Part shown: in pieces, positions 48,866 through 64,000 of the stretch
How positions within the stretch are numbered: position 1 is the stretch's first letter
Layout of the letters: the number at the start of each line of letters is the position of its first letter
Made by a program: the position numbers and the translations under genes
Source: Asterias rubens
Lineage: Eukaryota
Assembly: GCF_902459465.1 (NCBI RefSeq)
Contig: NC_047068.1
Span: forward strand, 6,572,001-6,636,000
Direction of reading: 5' to 3'
DNA length: 64,000 nt
The notes under the pieces: model-generated
What the model was told of the DNA's origin: nothing
The model's database searches: none
What the model saw: only the letters and a program-made list of their open reading frames with translations

Positions 48866-49442
48866 GTCCCAACTTAGGACTGGTCATGTCTCTTAGCATT
48901 GCCTAGGACTAGTCCTAAGTTAGGACTACCTTTGCGGCTGCGTAACTAAAACCTTGACCTAAATGCTGAAATATTTATTCTCATCGGGATGTCCAACAAT
49001 AATTTGTATAGGATTTTGGCAAGGGTAGCACAGCTTGGAAAGTTTGTGGCATTCCCTGCGGCCGTTCGAAAAAGGGGTAAAATTATATATTATTATGACT
49101 TCTCACTGATGTTAAAAATAATAACAAGTTTTGGACATTCAAATGGATGTGCTTTTTAGATGTTATAATAAAATGAGAGTGAATTGTTGGTTCTCTTTGG
49201 ATTGGTCTAACAGCGAAAATAAAGAGTTGTTGAAAAATAAAATTATGAGAGGTGACAGTGTTCGGTTTTCGCAGCTCAAAAAATGTAACTGAAAAAGGGT
49301 GACACCGCCCTCAATCTTAATCTTACGGTGGTAACGCCCTCAAGTGACAATTTATTGCCAGCGTCGAAGGAAATCAATAATGACACGAGTAGTAAAATTT
49401 TAGTGTAAAAAATACCCCCAAATTGTTCATTTCGCCATCGTC

Positions 49443-54398
<4,956 letters not shown>

Positions 54399-55963
54399 AT
54401 AGCGCATTTGTAAACTTCTACTTCACAACTCCAGGTACAACTTGATGTTGTTTACGCGCTTACGTCTTAGACTTGACTTTGATCAGTGCCAGGGTCTAAT
54501 GACACTCTGGTTCTGGTGGTTATCTAAAAGGTGTTTTTTTTTTGTATGGCTTGTTAAGTTTTTGGGACAGCGGCGATTAATTCATACTTGACCATCTTGC
54601 CCTAGTAATTTGTCTGTTCACCCTTGAAGTTACATCGCCCCAAGTTTTCTTAGGAAGATGCAACAAATGAATAAATATTTTCCAATAGAATTTGGACAGA
54701 TCATGCAGTTTTAAAAACAATATCAAACACTTGTATCATGCAAAATTGTTCACAAGTGGCTATTGATAACGCGAGAAAATGATGTTTATTTAAACTAACT
54801 ATTGCTATTCCTAAATAGATTTTTTTTGGGGGTGGGTTCGGTGTCTCGGCCAGTTTTGCAGATCTCTTGACTGAGGTCTGTAGACTGTTGGGGGGACAAG
54901 TTTTACCAGTCTCAGGTATCAGTTTTGGTCTCAGACGCTAAGGTCTTGTCCTGATTTTTGTCTCAAACTATTTGGATCTTGACTACAACTTTGCCATTGA
55001 CTTAAGGAAATGGCTTTCTAACATTCAAAATAATTGTTTCCATAAATTCCGCAAAACAAAAATGCAATGCATCTTTAAGTAAATACTTGTCAGATGTTCT
55101 TTTATCACAAACCGTTCCTTGAAAATTATATCTCTTTCTACAAGCCTCAATTTCTCTTTCTACAAGCCTCAATTTTCAGATATAAACTGGGACTAGGGCA
55201 ATGCTTAAAAAAAACCTGCTTTACTATTTAATTTCAAATTCATACATTTATGTACAAGTCTTTATTTATTTGGTGAAAAGCAAACTTGATAAAAAGCAAA
55301 TATTTTTCAATATTTTATTAAGTTGTTGAATAACCAAGGATGAGAAATTTCAGAGTGTTATCTGAATTCAGATTTTGTTGTAGTAGAAATGGATGTATTT
55401 TTCTTCTTTAAATCAAATTTGTTGTTGTTTTTGATCTACTTCTCTAGTACTGAGAATAGTGCTCAAAGAAGCTCCTTGGAATCAATGACTCCAGGGGTTA
55501 CCAAAAGCTGCACTTTCCCTCATTTTAAGGTACCTCCTCAGATCTGGAACCCAGTTTCAGACTTTAGTCAGCAATGTCTCTCATCTCTGAATAACCCATA
55601 AAACAAAATTGATCTAACATGTTATGACCAATTTCTGAATGTGTCTAGAACCCTAGATAATATTCAAAGACAGGTTCTTTTGCTTCTCACATATTTGTTA
55701 TTTTTATCACAAAGTTTAAAACTTGTTTATTTCCCCTGTAACATTTTTTTTTAAGCTGCTTACCATGTTTTATGGTGTACAAATTATTATTTATTAAAAT
55801 TGCAGCGATAATAAAGTGTTCTGTAAAATTGAGACCAGTTCCAGCTTCATCAGTTTCTTCTTCAATCAAGAACTATCCCCTTGTTCCAATCTCACATGTC
55901 GCTTTTGTCTACTACGATCAGTGACCGACTACGATCGCCATTTTGGGAGTCAACTTGCACCTT

Positions 55964-56335
55964 TTAAGGCACTGAACATCTTTTGTAATTGTCAAAAACC
56001 ACTGTTTTCACTCTGTGTATCCAAGCATACGCATAAAATAACAAGTTTGCAAACATTTTAAATCAATTTGTCATCGAAGTTGCAAGAGAAAAATGAAAGA
56101 AAAAGACAATTGTTGCACACATTTGTGTGCTGTCAAATACCTTGAAGGGTTACATGCCTGAAGTCTTTTACTATTTGATTGAGAAATTACCTCTTTCTCA
56201 AAAAGTACATGACATCAGAGGGAGCCGTTTTTTACAATGGTTTATACCATCAATAGCTCTCAAATGCTCGTTTCCAAGTCAGTTTTATGATAACAATTAT
56301 TTTGAGTAATTACCAATAGTGTCCAGAGCCTTTAA
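55964..56335. mobile_element. MITE family A (diverged)
   Basis: Family A interior; right end TTACCAATAGTGTCCAGAGCCT|TTAA. Confidence 0.75.
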
Positions 56336-56359
56336 TCAAATTATATTCATGTACAAAAA

Positions 56360-59178
56360 TTAGAACTTCTGATTTGGTGGCTTTGCGTATAAGCAGTCAC
56401 TCGTCTGCACCGTTTCGATTGGCTTATTGTAGAATTTATCGAAACCGTTAGATTTGAGCCACTGGAGAATGTCTGCTTCAAAACGGGAGCGGAAATCTTT
56501 GGGGTTCCTGGCGAGCACGAAGAGGGTGGTCCTGAAGGAGTCCGTCACCACAGAGTACTGGTACTGGGGTGTGGCATTTTGTGGCGTTGTTTCTTTGGGT
56601 CCAAGTTGAACCACCCAGTCTGTGAGGAAATGAAAGCCGGACATGGAGGTTATAGGGGTGTGGTGTGGTGTGGTTCAACCCATGAGGGGTTTCCATACAA
56701 AACGAAACAAAATTCAAATGGAACATGAATTAGGCCACTGTACTCAAAGAGGTGATTTTTAAAAGTATTTTTAACCGACATCAGCAGTTGTGCTTTGTTG
56801 TTTTTTGAAGGTTTTCAGATACAGTTTTTTCCAATGTGACGGGGAAATATTCCACAGAAAATTTGTTCATTAAGAACTTCATCAACTTCATGAGCTTCGT
56901 TGACAGTAGGCCCTCCAGTACATGTATACCTTTCAGACTGACACCGAATCATGGTGTTTTAATCTTAACATTCCTGAGGTCTATTTAACCTTTAAAGCCA
57001 TTATACACTTTAGGTACAGAACAAAAATAAAAGTTCACAGATTTACAAATAATTTACAGGGTTTACAGAAGGTAATGGTGAAAGACTTCTCTTGAAATAT
57101 TATTCAATGAAATGCTTTACTTTTTGAGAAAACATTAAAGCAATATCAATTCTCGATAGCGAGAATTACGGATTTATTTTAAACACATGTCACGGCGAAA
57201 CGTGCGGAGTGGGTTTTCCCGTTATTTTCTCCCGACTCCGATGACCGATTGAGCCTTAATTTTCACAGGTTTGTTATTTTATATATAAGTTGTGACACAC
57301 GAGGTGTGGGACTTGGACAATACTGTTTACCGAAAGTGTATAATGGCTTTAAAGAGTGGGAAAGATGAACAACTCCAAACCGGCAATTGACAAGACTTAT
57401 TTATTTTTTCGCAGTGTATGAAATGAACAATTTTCAGCAATTGGTCTACTTTATTTCAGGGGACTTTGAATAATCTGTTTTTGAAACGATAGTTCTCAAG
57501 TCGAAACCCTGCCAATGTGTTCATATCGAAAAGTATTTAATTAAGTTTATTATCTGATTTAAGGTTGAATAAAGACAAACTTGAAGTGGGACTTGAGTCC
57601 CACTTCAAGTCCCACTCTAGTCAATTTGTTCTTTGTTCAACCCCCAAATCATTACAAATTTACCAAGAGGTCAGTTTCCCTTGTGGTTTATATTGATAAG
57701 TTTGTTATCAGTAAAAAAAGAAAATGATAAAACACACGAGGACTCACATTGTCCGGGGACGGGCTGAACCGGGAATTTCACCTCTAGTTTGCCGGGCTCT
57801 GCGGGGTCAACCACTACGGCATAACCCTTGATGTCGTTCAGTTTCCCCGTTGGGCTGTCCACACGGTTCGCATTGTACACCGAGATGGTTTTGTTGGGAT
57901 TGAGGCCATCTGCAAATGTCAAAATACAGAAACCAATATTAGCTGCACATTAAAGGCAGTGGACAATATGGCCTATTGATAATTACTCAAAATAATTATT
58001 AGCACAAAACCTTACTTCGTAACGAGTAATGGTGAGAGGTTGATATTATGTAACATTGTGATAAACGACTCCCTCTAAAGTAAATTAGTTTTTGAGAAGG
58101 AAGTTGTTTTCCTCGGATTTGATTACAAGACCTCAGATTTAGAGTTTTAGGTCTGGAAGTCAAGCATCAGAAAGCACACAACTTCGTGTCACAATTTTTT
58201 TCTTTCATTATTATCTCACAACTTCGATGACCGATTGAGCTCAAATTTTCACAGGTTTGTTATTTCATGCATATGATAAGATACACCAAGTGAGAAGACA
58301 GTCTGGTGTTTGACAATTACCAAATAAAAATAGTGTCCACTGTCTTTAAGCTCTTGCATGTGGTTTATAAACTGCTATTTTGCTCTGGGTTTTCACAGGT
58401 TTTTTTTCACAAATACTTTTGGAATAAAATGTTTAGGCATGTGGAGTCATCAATTTCGGAGCTTCCGCTTATAACAAGTCTTATTTGTTTTGTATAATAA
58501 CTTTGTGAATCATTTATAAATATTTTGAGTGTGAAGGAAATAATTTCGGGTTAAAAAAAATGATGGGTAGGCCTTTTGGCTACTTACAGTCGGCCGTGAC
58601 GCAGTAGGCATTTCTCTCAAATGTAGATACAACCACAAAATCAGCATACATCTAGAATACATGAAAGGAAAGAATTCGAAAATCATTCTGGCATTTGTGA
58701 TACTATATGGTTACTTAATTACCTATATATTGCTAGATGAGGTAAAACAAACTGTTTTAAAGTTTTCGATAAAATGTAATCATGTCATATGCTCGTCCGT
58801 ATAGCTTTTAAGTTCTATGGCATGCCGTGCCTACAGCACTTGGTTTTCTGTTGTCTCTTTTCAATTAAAAAACTGTTCAAATATACTATATTATTAGAAA
58901 GTGTCCTTCAAATTCACGCATACAGTAAAAGTATTGAAGCACTAAAACAAACTTACACATGTCATTTTTATTTAAAGTGTAAAAAAAGAACCCTAGGTTA
59001 ATCGAATGCTTTGCATCTTTTGTCTAAGACAAGGATGAACAAAAACCAAACCTACCTGATACCATCTTCCAAGATAACTTGGGAGCTCCAGTTCGGGCAC
59101 CGTCTTGGGAGGGGCAAACAAACCAGGGGCTGCGAGACTCGACGCAACAAGACACAGAGACACCACCGCTGCAAACAT
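56360..59178 (-). CDS. Apolipoprotein D-like lipocalin A, 202 aa, secreted
   Basis: Exons 59178-59056, 58651-58588, 57909-57748, 56619-56360; GT-AG introns; 609 nt, TAA stop. Signal peptide; lipocalin motifs YLGRWYQ, CVTADY, GKLEVKF, YWVVQLG, YQYSVVTD, LFVLARN. Confidence 0.92.
56992..57352. mobile_element. MITE family C (TTAA-flanked)
   Basis: TTAA|AGCCATTATACACTTT ... AAAGTGTATAATGGCT|TTAA. Confidence 0.9.
57950..58349. mobile_element. MITE family A
   Basis: TTAA|AGGCAGTGGACA ... TAGTGTCCACTGTCT|TTAA. Confidence 0.85.
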
Positions 59179-59269
59179 AATGATCGAGTGTGTTTTACTG
59201 TTGAATGTGGACAAGAGTTCTTTTCCGTGATGCGGGTTCGGTTTGGAGTAAAGTGACGAACCTTGCGTC

Positions 59270-59277
59270 TTTATATA
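59270..59277 (-). promoter_or_regulatory. Candidate TATA box of lipocalin A
   Basis: TATATAAA about 95 bp upstream of the ATG. Confidence 0.4.
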
Positions 59278-61824
59278 GTGACCAACTCCACAAAGTTATA
59301 CTTTAGGCACTGGTTTTTGATGAAGCAATCTTGATTTTGATCGTTGAGGGACAGAGACCCCTCGTGACTGGTGGGACACAAACGGATGTTGTTTGCAGTT
59401 GATATTTCGTCACGCTGAGTTCTTACATAGGAAACCGTTCCATCATTATTTTACAGCTCAGACCAACGAGGCGGAACAGAAGCATGAAATAACTGATCAA
59501 AGGTCATTTTTTGTCATCGGGACACAATGTGTTATATGGGTTAGCTTTGGTGGTTGACATGGTTGTAGCTAGACACATTTTAGGAGTGGCTTATAAAATC
59601 ACAAAGGAAAGCGGATCAACAAAATTATTCATGTTTAAATGGGCCTTCATTTCTGAAGTGCAAGCTTCAGGCGCGACGCCAGGTTTCAAAACTGTTCATG
59701 TTATGACATGAGGCCATGATGGATAAGTTGAATGGCTCTTTGACTGTGTTCATTCTCAGTGACATTTTTCTGGGCAAAGTTCGTAGAGCTAATAAGCAAA
59801 CAAATAATGCTCACAAGTTTTCTCTGCTAAGCAAACATTGTGAGACACCAGCTACAATGCAAACTGAATGTAATTTCGCCATTAACCTGTTTCTGCTAAG
59901 CAATTCTATTGTGTGCTTAGCAAGCTGTTATAGGCTTTATGAAATAATGCCATGGTGTTTCATACATGTCTGTCGTGAGCTTGCAGATTCTAGTGTCAAA
60001 TTTGTTTTTAAATGTGACAATTGCTATGACACGAGCCAAAAGACCTTTATCACGCTGTCATCATCTTGGTCATGTTCTTGTTTGCAATAACAGTGATGAA
60101 TGCTTACATTCTTGCGCAAACAAGGCACCAGACTATTATTCGTCCAGCCTCAGTTTGGTTACAATGAGTGGAACGGAGTGAAATCAAGATGGCCACACCG
60201 TGATAAATGTCTATTAACAGGCACTCGAATGAATTGCTCACTTCTTTCTGAAAATCTTCGGGGGAAAATTGAACAACAAAAAAGAACAAAAACAAGTCAT
60301 CGGATAATGAGAACTAAGACTAGCACTGACGACACGTTTGAAGCAATGGTTCAGCATTCTTGGGAAGGAGTTATATTAGTAGGGAATTTAATATTATTAA
60401 CTTTAAAAAACAGTTGTACAAGAAAACACCCACCAGGAAATGAAGGGCTCAATGTTGTGAAGGATTTTCCTGTAACCTGATATTTGTCCGGCTGTTTGGT
60501 CGATGGTGTTGGGAAATGGTCTCTGTCCTTTAATACTCTATGGTCAAACGGAGACCCTAAAGTATCTTATTTATAGACGTAGTTACGTAACAAGATATTG
60601 ACCATTGTCATGGCACAAAGCCAAAACACACAAAACAATATCGTAAGAGCTTATTTATAAAACAAACAGTTTTTTATGATCTTAATCTTTATAAGTAAAT
60701 TGTCTTTTTTGTTTTCAATTGTCTGAATAAAACAAGTGCAAAGTCATGAACATTTTACAGGCCTGGATTTGTAATTATATTCGTTTTATAACCCAACTTT
60801 CCAACCGAACTTGAACTCCTTTTTTTATATAACTGACGATTTCATAGAAAGTCTTTTGACCCGTTTCATAAGTTCCTGTGTTTACTTTTTCTGACGTGAT
60901 GCTCTTTATCACAGTAGCTTATAATAGATATGTTGTTGGGTTTTGGGGTGTTTTTTTTTGTGTGTGTTTTTTTCCATAATGCAACAAAAGACATACAAAA
61001 ATACAATAAATCACAGAAAAAGCAATAATAGATACTTGTGTTTTTACCAAGTGCAGACATTTACAATAGCACTTAGAAAAGGGGCAAGGGCGTTAAAGGG
61101 GCCCTGTCCTTTTAGGGGTATAGGAATGGTGTGTTACCTTGTGTGGTTGGATTGTATTTTATAGCGGTTTTGTTTTCTCTTAATTTTAGTTATAACATGT
61201 TATCCAGTCTATACGGCTGATCGTGGGACCTATGCTAGCCGTATGAGGACAGTTTTAAGCTTAATTCCTCCCTAGTTGGAAATTTGCATCGGGGATAAAG
61301 AATATTAATTGCGTTTTTTTACCCAAATATTATTTATGGTCGGGTTACTTTGTAACTAATATGACCTGTAATTCTTAATCCCACCGAGTGTCTGTGATTT
61401 CTTTTTTTCACACAGCTCGGGAAAGTACACAGTGCTATCACACATCGGTGTGTATTCGGTAAAATCAAAATTAATATTTTAAATTCCTCTCGCTAGAACT
61501 TGTTGATTTAGAACATAATTATATAGAGGTAATCTTGGACCACCCAGCCTCGCTTTGATCAGATTGGATACACAACGCATAGAACTATATCTTTCATCGC
61601 AAAAAAAGTCTATATGTGTATTAGGGACGTGCAGAACCTGAACTTTGGACTACTTTGTAACTAATATTATGACCTTTAATTATTCTTATCTCAACTTCGT
61701 CGAAGTTGTAGGCCCATTGGCTACCCGATGAGAAAACTTCCTGGCTGAGATTTAACTTAAAGAAGACGACCAAACTTGCTCTTAGTTGACTCTGGTTGAC
61801 TCTTGACTTATTGCTATTTCAATC

Positions 61825-63684
61825 ATGGGTTGGAGGGAGATGGTTGGGTTTCTCGTGCTCTTGGCGGTTACCGTGTGCAGCGCGGACATTCCGACCGTTG
61901 GGGAGCTGGAGCTCACGGCGTACGAAGGTCGCTGGTACACGGTGAGAGGTTTTATTTCAGAGTGAACTAGCATGATTGTTGACAAAACTTGTTGGTTCAA
62001 TCGTTGTTTTGTCGACAATTTCTTTTACTGCCATTTTTGTCCTTTTTTAATTAAACTCATGTTGAGCTTAGAAAATTGTTTTCCAAATTGATGGTCATGT
62101 CCATTTAACTTTGTGGTGAAAGTATAGTTCGGGGTTAGGATTTAATATGGAGTGGTCTCGACTGTTAACCACTGGTATAATTTTTGCCATCTATTTTTCA
62201 AATGTTTTTGTTCTGAATAGGTTTTATGAGGATGATCGTATGGATTGGACATTGTTGTTCGAATGGTCATGTCCATTTAACTTTATGCTTACATTTTGGG
62301 GGGAATTAAATTTGACTCAACTTTTGGTTGGCAGTCTCGACTGCTTATCAGTGATATAATTTGTGTTATCTATTTTTCTTCTTTTTTTCCTGAATAGGTT
62401 TATGAGAATGGTTGGACTAACATTGTCAACATGGACATGGACTCTGTGTGTACAACAGCGGACTGTAAGTAAACTCAAGAATCGGGGTTATGGTTTGTAA
62501 CTATTAAAGCCATTGGACGCTTTTGGTACACAGTATTGTCCAAAGGCCCACACTTCGTGTATCACAACTTATATATATAAAACAAAAACTGTGAAAATTT
62601 AGGCTCAATCGGTCATCGGAGTCGGGAAAAAATAACGGGAAAACCCAACCTTGTTTCCGCACGTTTCGCCGTGTCATGGCATGTGTTTACTATTATCCGT
62701 AATTCTCGTTGTCGAGAATTGATAATTGTTTTAATGTTTTCTCAAAAAGTAAAGCATTTCATGGAATAATATTTCAAGAGAAGTCTTTTACCATTACCTA
62801 CTGTAAACCCTGTGAGTTATTTGTAAATCTGTGAACCTTTTGAGGTTTTTCTGTTCCGAAAGTGTATAATGGCTTTAACAAAATATGTTTTTGTTGTTAT
62901 GCTTATTATAACTTTTTGTTTAGATAGGCCTATGCATGTATTTGTTGTAATTTTTTAGAAAAATCATTATTAGATTCGCAAGGAATTTCATTCAGTCGAA
63001 CTTCTCATCGTAATTGATACAAACTAAAAACTAAAATCATAATTATTTAAATCAATTATTTTGAAACAGAATATTGCGGTTACAGTTTAGCCGAGTGAAC
63101 TAAGGGTTTGTGTGAGGGTTTAAGGTTAGGGCGAGAAGTTAGTATCAGGTTCAATAAGGAATAGGGTTTGTGGTTAGGGTTGGAGTTAGTGTTATAGGGT
63201 AGGGGCTGCGGTCGGGGTTATGGTTATTTTGTAAGTGTTCTTGTTTGTGCTAAGGTTTATTGCTGCTGTAGGGTTTTGTGGGTTATTTCAGGTTTTGTAT
63301 ATGGTTGTTTAGAGGTCAATAAATAATTCCGTAAACGTCATTGCTGAGACTTACTTAACCAACGTTGGTCGTTTTTCGTGTTTTTTTAATGTAAAATTGT
63401 TTTAACCATTAACCGTCTTCCTTCTTTTTTTCAGATAAGGTTACCAATAAGACATTTGTTTCAGTGTACAATTTAATGTTGTACAATTGCCGCCCTTTTC
63501 TGTTTTTTCTTTTTTTCTTCAGATAAGATAATCAATAAGACATTCGTTTCGGTGTACAATGCTGGTCGAGAAGGTTTTCCAGAGGGACGACGTAAAGACA
63601 TAGCTGGCTTTGCCTACGTACCAGACGTTACCAAGCCCGGTAATCTGAAAGTAGTACTTGAAGGTGTGCCCGTCGAAGGAGATT
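61825..63684 (+). CDS. Apolipoprotein D-like lipocalin B (partial; last exon beyond window)
   Basis: Exons 61825-61941, 62398-62464, 63523-63684; signal peptide; YEGRWYT, CTTADY, VSVYNAG, GNLKV; same intron phases (0,1,1) and same 162-nt exon 3 as lipocalin A. Confidence 0.88.
62504..62878. mobile_element. MITE family C, opposite orientation to 56992-57352
   Basis: TTAA|AGCCATTGGAC ... AAGTGTATAATGGCT|TTAA. Confidence 0.88.
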
Positions 63685-64000
63685 GTAAGTTTCTTACCAT
63701 CTTTAAAATGAAACTCGTTGCAATTAAGTTTGTGGTAAAATCAAGCAAGAAGCTTTTGTGTAAATGGGGCGTGGCAGATAGGACGGGCTTTTTATGATAA
63801 TTGTTCGATTTAAGCATGACATTTTCGGACGTAAATTATTTTAAATTCACGTGATCTGTTGTTCATTTGAAAATCCAAAATGGCGGCTACTCTATTAACA
63901 ACTTTTCATCAGCCAATCTTACGTCATTATGGCCGCGTCCAAAATTTAGCGCCTTCGGCTGCACGCCTTTGCCGGCAGCGATACCGAATTGAAAAGTTGG

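Larger units (their letters stand above)
45038..48934. mobile_element. Outer palindromic element split by nested insertions (45038-45121 and 48874-48934)
   Basis: Joining the two halves rebuilds an approximately 160 bp palindrome CAAAGGTAGTCCTAACTT...AAGTTAGGACTACCTTTG. Confidence 0.8.

Overview
AT-rich, intron-containing animal genomic DNA. It is probably an echinoderm (sea star), inferred from repeat content and lectin style and not confirmed. Left end: a complete 4-coding-exon DHCR7 gene on the minus strand. From about 9.2 to 39.2 kb lies a tandem array of five intronless secreted C-type lectin genes (EPN/WND CTLD plus a truncated PAN/apple-like tail). Three are intact, one is frameshifted and sits in an inverted unit, and one has an in-frame stop and has lost its core promoter. 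The array was built by 5-7 kb segmental duplications that carried L2 LINEs, MITEs and a G-rich repeat; that repeat has expanded into a 2.3 kb satellite in one unit. The right half holds an unrecognised 2-TM ORF, a three-level nested transposon stack with a CR1-like LINE, a 6-exon DCTN5 gene and a head-to-head pair of apolipoprotein D-like lipocalin genes, the second running off the window. Many TTAA-flanked (Kolobok-like), CWG-flanked (Harbinger-like) and 8-bp-TSD (P-like) MITEs, tRNA-derived SINEs and an internally rearranged RTE LINE are scattered throughout. No rRNA, true tRNA or CRISPR array was seen.
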